Shown: positions 34,895 through 44,757 of the stretch, in pieces
How positions within the stretch are numbered: the stretch's first letter is position 1
How the letters are laid out: the number at the start of each line of letters is the position of its first letter
Source: a virus
Lineage: Duplodnaviria; Caudoviricetes
Strand: one strand, 5' to 3'
DNA: 48,882 nucleotides
IMG/VR virus record: IMGVR_UViG_3300011335_000824
Location: 1-48,882 of that record
Notes under the pieces: model-generated
Seen by the model: only the letters and a program-made list of their open reading frames with translations
Databases searched by the model: none
What the model was told of the DNA's origin: nothing
Made by a program: the position numbers and the translations under genes

Positions 34895-35337
34895 TTAATT
34901 AATTTTTTAACTTGTTTTTCATCAACTCCCTTACTTAGCAAAACATTTTCCAGCCATTTATCATCTGTAATTTGAATGTATTCTTCTGCTTCAACTGTTG
35001 AACATTTAAAATATTCAGAAACATGCTGAAGCACTTCAGGTGGCAAGGTTTTTTTAACAGTTGACTTAATGTAAGGAGAGTAAGTGTTTTTACTTTGTGG
35101 AATCATAAAACAGTACACTTCATACAATTTTTTAGGATCTTGAATGTTTAACTTTTGAATGTAGTTGGTAATGTCAATGTACTTTGGATTCATGCTTAAA
35201 AATTTATGAATCATGTATATGTTAAACACTTTTCTTTGTTCAGGTCCAAATGTGTCCCAATTTGGCTTTGTGTCAATGATTGCTTTAAGAAAATCAAAGA
35301 TGGTAAATGTCTTTACTTTACTAGATGTTTTTGTCAT
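34891..35337 (-). CDS. Clamp loader small subunit (T4 gp62-like)
   Basis: IFDFLKAI...FNIYMIHKFLS; VSEYFKCS..EAEEY; replication-cluster context. Confidence 0.7.
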   Translation of the reverse strand: MTKTSSKVKTFTIFDFLKAIIDTKPNWDTFGPEQRKVFNIYMIHKFLSMNPKYIDITNYIQKLNIQDPKKLYEVYCFMIPQSKNTYSPYIKSTVKKTLPPEVLQHVSEYFKCSTVEAEEYIQITDDKWLENVLLSKGVDEKQVKKLIK

Positions 35338-35338
35338 A

Positions 35339-35596
35339 TTATTTTCCTAAAGTAAAACCAATGTCTTTATAATCATCTCTAATTTCTTTAGGAATCATGT
35401 CTAAAAGAATCTTGTTAGTGCTAACATTATACATAACAGGAATTGGAATTAAAGCATCCTCAGCTGTTCCTGCTAGAAATTTACTCATTTTTCTTAAAAC
35501 CGCTCCTTCAGCTAGTAGTATTGGTTTTCCATCTTCTGAAAGAATGGGAGTGGACTGAGTGATGTCCATTTTCATTTTTAATTGTTCGTTGCTCAT
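35339..35596 (-). CDS. Hypothetical protein
   Basis: 85 aa; LRKMSKFLAGT..DALIPIPV. Confidence 0.75.
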   Translation of the reverse strand: MSNEQLKMKMDITQSTPILSEDGKPILLAEGAVLRKMSKFLAGTAEDALIPIPVMYNVSTNKILLDMIPKEIRDDYKDIGFTLGK

Positions 35597-35781
35597 ATTT
35601 GTTTATTTGATTGTTTTTCTTCGATTAATTTTAATAGTGTTCTTTCTTCTTCTCTGAGTCTAGCAGCGTTTTCGTACTCCATTGCTCGTACAGCAATGTT
35701 TTTCTTTTTATTAACTTCAGCTAAACGTTGTTCTAATTCTTCTAATGTTTCCATTTTCATTTTTAATTGTTCTTGGCTCAT
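35593..35781 (-). CDS. UVR (UvrB/UvrC motif) small protein
   Basis: KNIAVRAMEYENAARLREEE. Confidence 0.75.
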   Translation of the reverse strand: MSQEQLKMKMETLEELEQRLAEVNKKKNIAVRAMEYENAARLREEERTLLKLIEEKQSNKQI

Positions 35782-35812
35782 TTTTTTTTTTGTTTATTTG
35801 ATTGTTAGTTTA

Positions 35813-36271
35813 TTATGTTAATGATAAAAATATACGTTCCTCTTTTTTAAAACACTCTCCATTTATTATCATGTCACCATTTTCATTTCTTTCATTTTCA
35901 ACAATACAATAAATCCAACGAAGTTGTTCAAGATAAGATACAACTTTAGTAATTTTACACCATTTTGGTTTAAACATATCACTAGCTGTATCAATGTCAT
36001 CCAATATTTTAAAATACTTCTCTACTATTTTATAAAGTGGTGCAACATTTATAGCTTTTCGTTTTGCCATATCTACATTATATGTATCATCATAAATTTG
36101 CTTCAATGTAGCATCATCTTCATTAGCTTGCTTTACTTTGCTTTGACAATACTTTACATAGTTTTTATTACCTTCTATACCTTCATATCCCTCAAGAATA
36201 TTTTCAATTGATAATAAAATATCTCTTAATTTATTTGCTGCGTACAGCATTTGATGTTTATTATTTTTCAT
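35813..36271 (-). CDS. Hypothetical protein
   Basis: 152 aa ORF, ATGA-coupled. Confidence 0.7.
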   Translation of the reverse strand: MKNNKHQMLYAANKLRDILLSIENILEGYEGIEGNKNYVKYCQSKVKQANEDDATLKQIYDDTYNVDMAKRKAINVAPLYKIVEKYFKILDDIDTASDMFKPKWCKITKVVSYLEQLRWIYCIVENERNENGDMIINGECFKKEERIFLSLT

Positions 36272-36975
36272 ATTTTTTTATATTCCCAAATATAATTAAG
36301 GGAAACGTATTTTCCAATTTTTAATTTATCTCTTTTTCTTGGTAAGTGTTTTTCATTTTGAACACAACATGCATTGATAGCCATGTAACTTAATCCTAAC
36401 TCAGTTGATGCTTTTTTACCTGTTTCCCATTCCTTAATTACATTACCTTTAAGATCTTTTTGTAAAATAGGTCGTCCGAAAGATTTTGATGCTGATTCAG
36501 AAAGATTTTTCTTCCATTCATTATCTTTTACATGTCCTAATTTAATTTGGCTTTTTTTCTTTTTAGTTTCTTCACTATCTTTTTTTCCTAAATGAGATAA
36601 GCTTTGTTTTAATTTAGTTTCTTTTGAAAATGTTTTACCTAAATTTGTTTTTTTGGTTTTCATTAATTTAGAAAATTCTAATTTTACAGATTCATATGTT
36701 CTACTACTAATACAATAAGATTCTGCTGTTTTCCATCTTCGTTTTCCTGTAGCCATTAACCATAAAGAATATTTTAGTTTTTCATTTTTAGGATAAATTT
36801 CAACCAATAAACGATGACATAAAAAATGTTCTCTTGCTGTTAGTTCTACTATATTTTCTTTATTGTTTGATCCACCTAAACATTTAGGTATGGCATGGTG
36901 TTTTTCTTTATAACCTTGTATTTGACGAATTTTAGCACGTTCTATTATTTGACTGTATATTCTTTGATAATCCAT
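36268..36975 (-). CDS. HNH homing endonuclease with NUMOD3 and NUMOD1-like domains
   Basis: EKHHAIPKCLGGSNNKENIVELTAREHFLCH; SKETKLKQS. Confidence 0.92.
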   Translation of the reverse strand: MDYQRIYSQIIERAKIRQIQGYKEKHHAIPKCLGGSNNKENIVELTAREHFLCHRLLVEIYPKNEKLKYSLWLMATGKRRWKTAESYCISSRTYESVKLEFSKLMKTKKTNLGKTFSKETKLKQSLSHLGKKDSEETKKKKSQIKLGHVKDNEWKKNLSESASKSFGRPILQKDLKGNVIKEWETGKKASTELGLSYMAINACCVQNEKHLPRKRDKLKIGKYVSLNYIWEYKKI

Positions 36976-37022
36976 GTTTTATTATAAATATTGTCAAAAT
37001 GGATAAGGAAACAAACGTTCAA

Positions 37023-37952
37023 TTATTTTTTAGTAGAAATGATTTCCAATACACGAGAAATAGTGCTCATAATATTTATCTCTTTGTCCAAAACAAAATG
37101 AGCGTGATACATATGTTCCTCCAAAGTACATATAATTGTACCTTCATTTTCTTTAGCATATTCATTTAATTTATTGTATAAAAATTTATATAAACTTTCA
37201 AAGTCATCTACTTCCGAATTTGCAACAATTTGCCTTATAACATTAAACGACTTAGTAGATGGTTTTTTTAATTCTTCTAGTATTTTTACTTGATAGTCAT
37301 TAGATTCATTTATTGAGTTGTCTAATGTTAAAGTTCCATCAATAGTGTACTTTTGACAGTTGTTGATGATTTTTCTAAAGTCAGGATAAAACTTGTTTAC
37401 AATAGTGACTAAATCAGGAATTTCATATTCAATGTCTTCTTTGTCTAAGATAATGCTAACATGTTGTGCCACTACTTTTTTACTTGGGGGAGACAAGTCA
37501 AATTCTTGACATCTGCTTCTTAAAGGTTCTATAAGTCGTTCTGCATAGTTTCCTGTTAAAATAAAACGAGTAGTTAAAGAATATGTTTCCATCATGTTTA
37601 ACAAAATGACTTGTCCTGCTTGTAAAATGTGAGTTGCTTCATCCAATATCACTATTTTGAGTGGTGCAAAGCTACCAGCAGCAGCAAATGCTCCTACTTT
37701 GTCTCTCATAATGTCTATGCTTCTCTCATCTGTAGCATTTATGTAAAGAAAGTCACAGTCAATGTTGTTGACTAATATTTTTGCAAGTGTTGTTTTTCCT
37801 GCGCCTGGTTTTCCTGCAAATAGGAGGTGTGGAATGTCTTGTTTGTCAATGAATTCTTGAAATTTAGCTTTCACTTCATCTTTACAAATGTATCCTTCTA
37901 AAGTGTCTGGACGATACTTTTCATTTAATATTGTGTGTAACCTTTTTGACAT
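37023..37952 (-). CDS. Clamp loader AAA+ subunit (RFC small subunit / T4 gp44-like)
   Basis: EKYRP, GKPGAGKTT, ILDEA, LRSRC. Confidence 0.95.
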   Translation of the reverse strand: MSKRLHTILNEKYRPDTLEGYICKDEVKAKFQEFIDKQDIPHLLFAGKPGAGKTTLAKILVNNIDCDFLYINATDERSIDIMRDKVGAFAAAGSFAPLKIVILDEATHILQAGQVILLNMMETYSLTTRFILTGNYAERLIEPLRSRCQEFDLSPPSKKVVAQHVSIILDKEDIEYEIPDLVTIVNKFYPDFRKIINNCQKYTIDGTLTLDNSINESNDYQVKILEELKKPSTKSFNVIRQIVANSEVDDFESLYKFLYNKLNEYAKENEGTIICTLEEHMYHAHFVLDKEINIMSTISRVLEIISTKK

Positions 37953-37961
37953 AACTTTTAT

Positions 37962-38180
37962 TTAAAAATTGTATTTCTTCTTCATTGTCTCATAAAACTC
38001 AGGACATTCAGGAGCATATTTTTTAAGCAAATTAAGATAATATTGGTGTTTAAATTTCTTATCATCTGTGCTTTCATATATAATTAAATCTCTTAATTTA
38101 GCAGCCATTTCATAACGTTCTTTTTCAACACACCAGTCTAAACGGTCTTGCATTACTTCAATGTATGCATTTTGAGTCAT
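37962..38180 (-). CDS. UVR-motif small protein
   Basis: CVEKERYEMAAKLRDLI. Confidence 0.7.
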   Translation of the reverse strand: MTQNAYIEVMQDRLDWCVEKERYEMAAKLRDLIIYESTDDKKFKHQYYLNLLKKYAPECPEFYETMKKKYNF

Positions 38181-38196
38181 AACTTTTATTTTTATT

Positions 38197-38228
38197 TAAA
38201 TATATGTTAGAGAATTTTGTAAGCCAAA
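38197..38228 (-). promoter_or_regulatory. Bacteroidota-type -33/-7 promoter
   Basis: TTTGGCTTACAAAATTCTCTAACATATATTTA. Confidence 0.75.
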
Positions 38229-38465
38229 CTAGTCTCCGTAAATGTTAAATTTTTTAGGCGGTTCAGGAGCCACAGTTTCATTTGTGATGATGTATATTTC
38301 TCCTTTTAAAGGCGACAGTTTAAAGTCATAAGCCGTTTGAGTTTTTTGATAGTATGCCTCTAATGCTTCTGTTAAAGACTTATGTATAACCTTATCATCA
38401 ATCAACTTCCAAGAATCTCCTGGTGGATAGCGTTTAGCGATTAGTGTGTAAACTTCTTGTTCCAT
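38229..38465 (-). CDS. Hypothetical protein
   Basis: 78 aa ORF directly downstream of groEL. Confidence 0.7.
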   Translation of the reverse strand: MEQEVYTLIAKRYPPGDSWKLIDDKVIHKSLTEALEAYYQKTQTAYDFKLSPLKGEIYIITNETVAPEPPKKFNIYGD

Positions 38466-38468
38466 GTT

Positions 38469-40097
38469 TTAGTACATTTGAGGTGAAGCTAATTCTTCTT
38501 TTTTGTCATTGTTTACTTCTACAATTGCTGCTTCTGTTAACAAAACTGTGCCTGCAACAGATGATGCATTTTCTAAAGCATTTCTTGTTACTTTAGTTGG
38601 ATCAATGATGCCTGCCTCTTTCATGTCTACAAATGTTTCACTTTTGATGTTGTATCCTTTCCAATTGTTTTTTCCTTCCATTTTGTTGATCAACCTGTAA
38701 CAATCTCCTTCGGTGTAGCCAGCATTTGTTAAAATTTTCATAAATGGAGCAAGACATGCTTCTTTAACAATTTTTTTACCAATGTGAATGTCTGAGTTTA
38801 AATCTTCTTTAGAAATGGTAATAGCTTCTCTAGCGTATAACAATGCAGCTCCTCCTCCTGGTACTATGCCTTCCTCAATGGCTGCTTTTGTAGCGTGTAA
38901 AGCATCATCTACTCTGTCTTTAGTTTCTTTCATTTCTAATTCACTATTTCCTCCAACATGTATAATTGCTACTCCACCTATAAACTTTGCTAAACGTTCT
39001 TGTAGTTTTTCTTTTTCAAATGGTACTGTTGACTTGTCAATTTGCATTTGCAGTTCATCAATTCTTTCTTCAATTTTTTCAACTGTTCCTTTACCATCAA
39101 CAATTGTTGTTTGGTCTTTAGTTACTGTAACCAAACGAGCACTTCCAAACCATTCCCAAGAAAACTTGTCTAACTTCATGCCTTTTTCACTGCTAAACAC
39201 TTGTCCACCTGTCATTGTGGCAATGTCTTCTAAAATGAGTTTTCTACGGTCTCCAAAGTCAGGAGCTTTTACTGCTGCCACTTTAATTGTGCCTCGAATT
39301 TTGTTTACTATAAGTGTAGATAAAGCTTCTCCATCTATGTCTTCAGCAATGATAAATAAAGATTTACCTGTTGATGAAATACTTTCTAAAATTGGCAGTA
39401 AGTCTTTTACTTGAGTAAATCGTTTGTCTGCAATTAAAATGTATGGTTCTTCTAAAGTGCAAGTCATGTCATTGTTGTTTGTGACAAAATAATGTGACTT
39501 GTATCCTCTGTCAAATTGCATTCCTTCTACTGTTTCTAAATATGTGTCTCCACTTTTAGACTCTTCAATGTGAACTACTCCTTCACGACCTACTTTTTCC
39601 ATTGCTGCTGCAATTAATTTTCCAATTTCAACATCATTGTTTGCAGAAATTGTTGCTACTTGTTCTAGTTGAGTTTCTGAAGTAATGTCTTTAGAAATGT
39701 CTTTGCGTAAAGATGTTACTACTTCTTTTACTGCAGCATCTATTCCACGTTTGATTTCTACTGCATTTGCTCCTTTGTCTAAGTAAGTTAAACCTCCATT
39801 TATAATACTTTGAGCTAGTAGAGTTGATGTGGTTGTTCCATCACCTGCATTGTTGCCTGTTTTAATGGCTGCTTGTTTAATCATTTGAGCGCCTAAATTT
39901 TCCACTTGATCTTCTAAGTCGGAAATTTGTTTAGCACAAGTAACTCCGTCTTTTGTTGACCTTACTTCACCGTACTCAGTGTAAATGACATTTCGACCAT
40001 TTGGTCCTAATGTTGAGGTAACTGCGTTGGCTACCTTGTTGATTCCACTGACAAGTTTTTTTCTTGCTTCAGAACCAAATTCAATGTTTTTGTTCAT
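38469..40097 (-). CDS. groEL: Chaperonin GroEL
   Basis: TLGPNGRNV, TKDGVT, AGDGTTT, EGMQFDRGY, KAPDFGDRRK, EEGIVPGGG. Confidence 0.98.
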   Translation of the reverse strand: MNKNIEFGSEARKKLVSGINKVANAVTSTLGPNGRNVIYTEYGEVRSTKDGVTCAKQISDLEDQVENLGAQMIKQAAIKTGNNAGDGTTTSTLLAQSIINGGLTYLDKGANAVEIKRGIDAAVKEVVTSLRKDISKDITSETQLEQVATISANNDVEIGKLIAAAMEKVGREGVVHIEESKSGDTYLETVEGMQFDRGYKSHYFVTNNNDMTCTLEEPYILIADKRFTQVKDLLPILESISSTGKSLFIIAEDIDGEALSTLIVNKIRGTIKVAAVKAPDFGDRRKLILEDIATMTGGQVFSSEKGMKLDKFSWEWFGSARLVTVTKDQTTIVDGKGTVEKIEERIDELQMQIDKSTVPFEKEKLQERLAKFIGGVAIIHVGGNSELEMKETKDRVDDALHATKAAIEEGIVPGGGAALLYAREAITISKEDLNSDIHIGKKIVKEACLAPFMKILTNAGYTEGDCYRLINKMEGKNNWKGYNIKSETFVDMKEAGIIDPTKVTRNALENASSVAGTVLLTEAAIVEVNNDKKEELASPQMY

Positions 40098-40106
40098 AAC
40101 TTTGTT

Positions 40107-40397
40107 TTAGTCGTTTATAATTGCTATTACTTGATTTTCTAATGTACCATAGTATTCTTCTCCTTCAAATTCTATTTTAGTTGGTCCCATTTGAGGTAAA
40201 ATTACCTTTTGACCTACTTTTAATGTTGAAGCTACAAATTCTCCTGTTGCACAGTGATAACCAGGACCTACAGACACAATAGTACCTGTTAGGTTCTTCT
40301 CGCGGCCGAGGTCAGGAACTATGATACTTCCATAAGTAGTTTCTTCTTGTGTTTGGGGTTTGACAATGATTGAGTTGAAAACTGCTGTTAATTTCAT
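40107..40397 (-). CDS. groES: Co-chaperonin GroES
   Basis: EETTYGSIIVPD, GTIVSVGPG, LKVGQKV; adjacent to groEL. Confidence 0.93.
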   Translation of the reverse strand: MKLTAVFNSIIVKPQTQEETTYGSIIVPDLGREKNLTGTIVSVGPGYHCATGEFVASTLKVGQKVILPQMGPTKIEFEGEEYYGTLENQVIAIIND

Positions 40398-40429
40398 ATA
40401 ACTTTTTTGGTTTATAACTTATTTTACTA

Positions 40430-40464
40430 TGATAAATATATTAAGATTCAGGTGGATAAACAAG
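40430..40464 (-). promoter_or_regulatory. Composite promoter upstream of groES
   Basis: CTTG-N20-TATATTTA overlapping ATATTTATCA. Confidence 0.55.
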
Positions 40465-40671
40465 CTTAATTTCTTCTTCTTCAACTAATTGTGCTTCTTC
40501 AATCTTTTGGCAAAAGTAATATAAACCATCTTTTTTCAACACAGTGTCAGCACAAATGTACTCCTTGTACTCCTGCACAAAATCTGCAGGAAATGTATCT
40601 TCTTTAAGAATGCGTTTAATTATGTATAAAGCATCTTCCCATTCTACTACTTGTTTGCTTATTGTAAACAT
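40441..40671 (-). CDS. Hypothetical protein
   Basis: 76 aa ORF on the coding strand. Confidence 0.7.
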   Translation of the reverse strand: MFTISKQVVEWEDALYIIKRILKEDTFPADFVQEYKEYICADTVLKKDGLYYFCQKIEEAQLVEEEEIKLVYPPES

Positions 40672-41411
40672 TATATGTCTTTTTTAACCATGTAATATGT
40701 GCTTACGGTGTTAGCTGTTTCAAATGACAACTTTAACAGTCCATCTAAGTTAATGCTCATTTTTGCTTTAACAGAGTCTTTATTGGCTGATAGTATTTCC
40801 TTCAACAAGTTTGAACTAAAACTTAAAGTAAAGTCAGATGGCACATCTTTTTGTGTAAAGTTAGTCATAAAGTAAGATACTTTATTTGCATATTCAATGT
40901 CTCCTCCAAATGTAAGTTCAAGTTGAAAGTCTCCATCTATGCTTGTGGTTGGTTTGAACACAACTGTTTCACTTTCAGACAAGGCAGATTTTGCTTTTAT
41001 TAGGGCAGTTATAATTTCTCCATTTAATTCTGTTTCTAAGTTGAATATGTTAGAACCATTAAACGCTCCAGTTTTTGGAACAGTTAATATGTCTGCTAAG
41101 GCATAGTTGACAGTGAATTGATTGTCTGCAATAATAAGTTTAGTAAATGTTTTACCATTTTTAATGTAGTCTAACATTATTTCTCCACTTGAAATTCCTA
41201 TGAGTTTAAGAAGTTGAGTTGTGTTGCTTATTCCAACTGATGAGTCTACTAAGTTAAAATTGCTGTAGTTTATTTCTCCAATCATTTCTCTAGTTGGAGC
41301 AGTAAATTTAATGTTTAGATTGTTACTTTTTACATCCCATTTAACTCCTTCTATGAGGCCGTTTAAATAGTATTTGTTTATAACTGCTTGAAATTCTACT
41401 TTTGAAATCAT
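40671..41411 (-). CDS. DNA polymerase sliding clamp (gp45/PCNA-like)
   Basis: 246 aa with alternating beta/alpha pattern and C-terminal GLLKLSF...STYYMV; lies between polymerase and clamp loader. Confidence 0.7.
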   Translation of the reverse strand: MISKVEFQAVINKYYLNGLIEGVKWDVKSNNLNIKFTAPTREMIGEINYSNFNLVDSSVGISNTTQLLKLIGISSGEIMLDYIKNGKTFTKLIIADNQFTVNYALADILTVPKTGAFNGSNIFNLETELNGEIITALIKAKSALSESETVVFKPTTSIDGDFQLELTFGGDIEYANKVSYFMTNFTQKDVPSDFTLSFSSNLLKEILSANKDSVKAKMSINLDGLLKLSFETANTVSTYYMVKKDI

Positions 41412-41415
41412 AACT

Positions 41416-41447
41416 TTAATATATGTTTTTAAATATTGTAAGCCAAA
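41416..41447 (-). promoter_or_regulatory. Bacteroidota-type -33/-7 promoter
   Basis: TTTGGCTTACAAT...AACATATATTAA. Confidence 0.7.
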
Positions 41448-41449
41448 TC

Positions 41450-42136
41450 TTATTTATATTTCCATTTAAAACCTCCTGCTGTTTTTTGTTTTCCTGAGAG
41501 GGATGCATTTATGTCTGCTTTAATATATTTTTTAGCTTCAATTATACTTGGCCATTCTTTAATTAGATTTCCTTTTAAATCATACTGTATGATGGGTTTT
41601 TGATTTCTAGTAATACCTTTATTATTTTTACTTATATTATCAGAATGATGTTTAGTTTTTGATTTCCCTATAAGTGATTTACTTATATTATCACCACGTT
41701 TTTTATTTCCTATTAAAGATTTACTTATCTTTAAACCCCGTTTTGGATTAGAAAGAGAAATATTTCCTTTAAGAGATTCACTACGTTTTTGTATAGTTTC
41801 TTTAGATTGTATTCTTCCTTTAAGAGCTTTACTTATACTGTCTTTAGTTTCTTTAGAATGAGACCATCCACCATTACCTAATTCTTCTCTAACATTACAT
41901 AAATTTTCATAACCAATTTGTTTACATATTTCTGCTTCTAACTCAAATGCTTTTATTTCAGATATATTATTTACAAGTATTATAGATTCAAAACCATGTT
42001 TATTAACTATATTCCACCAATGTGGATTTCTACTTTCTTTAGCTTTATATCTTTTTCTTGATCCTTTACCAATGTAAAAACATTTACCATCTGTTTTTCT
42101 TAAATGAGCATATACATAAAATCGTGCATTTTCCAT
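41450..42136 (-). CDS. GIY-YIG homing endonuclease with NUMOD3 and NUMOD1-like domains
   Basis: FYVYAH...FYIGKG..KR; AFELE; HSKETKDSIS; KPIIQYDLKG. Confidence 0.9.
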   Translation of the reverse strand: MENARFYVYAHLRKTDGKCFYIGKGSRKRYKAKESRNPHWWNIVNKHGFESIILVNNISEIKAFELEAEICKQIGYENLCNVREELGNGGWSHSKETKDSISKALKGRIQSKETIQKRSESLKGNISLSNPKRGLKISKSLIGNKKRGDNISKSLIGKSKTKHHSDNISKNNKGITRNQKPIIQYDLKGNLIKEWPSIIEAKKYIKADINASLSGKQKTAGGFKWKYK

Positions 42137-42150
42137 TTGTTATAAATATG

Positions 42151-44736
42151 CTAGAAGTTAAAGAACTTTCCAACATTTGGATTTAAGATAACCCAACCCC
42201 ATTTTAGATCACTATATATACTCTTTAATTTGTTGGCTAATAATGAGTCAAATATTTCTTCTATATCTATATATGTCTTTACAAACTCCTCAATTTCAGG
42301 AGGTACTTTCGCGTTTGGTATCCCTATAACCCTTAATCCAAATGGATTTTGTTTTAGGTTAATGATAAACAATTTGTCACCTTCAATTATACTTTCATAT
42401 TTTTTGTCTAGCTTTTTAAACTTTAACAAGTCATTATATACCACAGCGGCACGAGTATTTATAGGAGTTTTCAACTTAAATCTACTAAATATTTCTCCTG
42501 TTGTTGCTTTTACTTGATAGTTTGTTATTTGTTTTACTCCCATTGGTTTGCCTAACACTTTAGGATCTAGTGTTTTAAGTGACTTGTAAAAGTTAACAAT
42601 TGAACTGTCTATTTCTTCTTGTGGTTTTCCAAACAGTATATCCTTGATAAAATTTTCACCAAACTTTTTAAACAGTTTGTTCATGTTGGACTTCATCAAC
42701 TCAATGCCTTTCATGTCTAATTCTTCAACGTCTACTCCTTCCTTGTTGGTAACATACATTGCGTATCTTCTTTTGCCTGTTGTAAGCACTCCAGCACAAA
42801 TTACCTCTTGTTTGAGCTGGAAGTAGTGAGTGTTGGGCTTGATGTTGAACAAACGTTTGCTTAACTCATTTAAGTAAAAATTGGATGAGTTTTGTATTTC
42901 TTGAGCTAATTCTAATATTTTACCATTTTTATCTTCTTGTTTAAGATTTGGAAATCTATGTTTTAAAAGATCACCCAACACAATGTACAGTGAATCAGTG
43001 TCACTAATACAAATGTTTTGTTTTTTTTCTTTAATTTCAGTGTTAATTTTATCATTTACAAAGTTAATGCTTTCTTTTGTTAGTCTTTGTCCTGAGTTTG
43101 TAATAGCTGAACTGCATATTAAGTGTCCATCAGTAAATCTCCAACCATTTTTTGCAAATGTACCATACATTGCATTTTGTAAAATTTTAAAAGAAAATTG
43201 AAATAAGTCATATGAATTGTACTTTGTCCAGTCTTTTTCCTTACCTGCTTTTTTCTTTAATGTTCGATAGTGTTCTCTCTTTTCAAACCAACTTTCTAAT
43301 ATTTTTGCAACTACACTTTGTTCATCAGTTCTAAACATGGCTCCTGATGCTGCTACTGTAAAGTTGTTTTTTTCAATTATGTCAATTAAGTCTCCCAATT
43401 TTATTTTGGTTGATTTAAGAGTATAATTTTCTTTGTTTAACTTTTCAATATTTACTATTTCACTTACATCTCTTTGTTTGAGCTTTTCCAATGAGTGATT
43501 TTGTTCATATGTTGGATTATGATCTACTTTAATTCTGCCTACTAATGTTTCAATGCCTAAGTTTAAAGACTTGATAATTGAAGGATACAGTGATGTAAAG
43601 TCTAAGTCTATAACATCAAAGTACAAGCCTGGCACTGGTTCAAGTATGTATCCTCCAGCATATGTTTCATTTGCCATTTTTAAAGATGGATTGTGTGTTG
43701 TTGGTTTATTTGGTGATATGATGCCTTCTCGTTTGAGATATTTTAAAATGGCACCTTCATTCATTACTGTGTTGTAGTAAATGCTCTCATAAGGTATGTT
43801 GCATATATGAGATATCATTATGGTTAATTCAATAAATTTAAGTTTTTCCTCTAATTTTTCAATAATTTCAACGTCGCGTAAGTTATAGTCAATAAACACA
43901 TTTAAATCGTTTTTAAACAACGTGTTTAAATTTCCCTCATATTCTACCTTACCTAAGTCAACATATTTTAAACCAATGTCATTTAATTTATATGATGGCT
44001 CTTCCTTCATAATGTATTTTTTATGAAGCAACATGTAGTCTAAATGGTTGACTCCTCCTATGGTAACTTGTAAAGCACCTGCAAATTCTTTAAAGTGAAC
44101 TTTTCTAATTGGAGACAATTTTAACACTTCATCTTTACCTAACACACGTTTGATTCTAAAGTATAAGTAAGGAATGTCAAAGTAAGCACTGTTCCATCCA
44201 GTTACTATTGTTGGGTCTAACTCTTCCCATTTGTTTAAGAATTTTTTAATTAATTCTTTTTCAGAAACACAAGGTATAATGTGTTTTCCATTTTCATTTA
44301 CTTCTTCAATTTCTTTACTTTTGTCTACAACAAAACACATTTTGGTCTTTGTGGTAATGTCTATTAAAGCAATTGAAGTTAAAGACATAGGAGCATCCTT
44401 AATGTATTCAGGTGTTAAAGCACCTCCCATTTCAATTTCAATGTCTAAGTATAAGATGTTGTGCCATGAAGGAACTACATCATCATATTTGGAATATAAA
44501 TCTCTCAACAGTATTAGTTCTTTGTTGATGTCTTTTTCCAATATGTTTACATTGTCTTTGCTGTATTTTTTAGTTGGAATAGCATATCCTCCTGTCAACA
44601 CAGGTTGAGCATTTTCTTGCCACTTGTTGACTCGTTTCCAAAAAGTAGGTTGATATTGGAAGTGACTCCATCCTTCTTCATCATCACGTAAATAGTAAGT
44701 GTACGTTTTAAAATCGTAGTGAATTGCCTGATACAT
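42151..44736 (-). CDS. Family B DNA polymerase with 3'-5' exonuclease
   Basis: LDIE, GWNSAYFDIPY, YNLRD, DFTSLYPS, KILQNAMYG, DTDS, KRRY. Confidence 0.97.
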   Translation of the reverse strand: MYQAIHYDFKTYTYYLRDDEEGWSHFQYQPTFWKRVNKWQENAQPVLTGGYAIPTKKYSKDNVNILEKDINKELILLRDLYSKYDDVVPSWHNILYLDIEIEMGGALTPEYIKDAPMSLTSIALIDITTKTKMCFVVDKSKEIEEVNENGKHIIPCVSEKELIKKFLNKWEELDPTIVTGWNSAYFDIPYLYFRIKRVLGKDEVLKLSPIRKVHFKEFAGALQVTIGGVNHLDYMLLHKKYIMKEEPSYKLNDIGLKYVDLGKVEYEGNLNTLFKNDLNVFIDYNLRDVEIIEKLEEKLKFIELTIMISHICNIPYESIYYNTVMNEGAILKYLKREGIISPNKPTTHNPSLKMANETYAGGYILEPVPGLYFDVIDLDFTSLYPSIIKSLNLGIETLVGRIKVDHNPTYEQNHSLEKLKQRDVSEIVNIEKLNKENYTLKSTKIKLGDLIDIIEKNNFTVAASGAMFRTDEQSVVAKILESWFEKREHYRTLKKKAGKEKDWTKYNSYDLFQFSFKILQNAMYGTFAKNGWRFTDGHLICSSAITNSGQRLTKESINFVNDKINTEIKEKKQNICISDTDSLYIVLGDLLKHRFPNLKQEDKNGKILELAQEIQNSSNFYLNELSKRLFNIKPNTHYFQLKQEVICAGVLTTGKRRYAMYVTNKEGVDVEELDMKGIELMKSNMNKLFKKFGENFIKDILFGKPQEEIDSSIVNFYKSLKTLDPKVLGKPMGVKQITNYQVKATTGEIFSRFKLKTPINTRAAVVYNDLLKFKKLDKKYESIIEGDKLFIINLKQNPFGLRVIGIPNAKVPPEIEEFVKTYIDIEEIFDSLLANKLKSIYSDLKWGWVILNPNVGKFFNF

Positions 44737-44757
44737 AACTTTTATTTTGAAAATACT

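Noticed and set aside
37023-44736. Introns or inteins in the polymerase, clamp loader or GroEL
   Set aside because: The reading frames are continuous with normal lengths and motif spacing; the endonucleases are intergenic.
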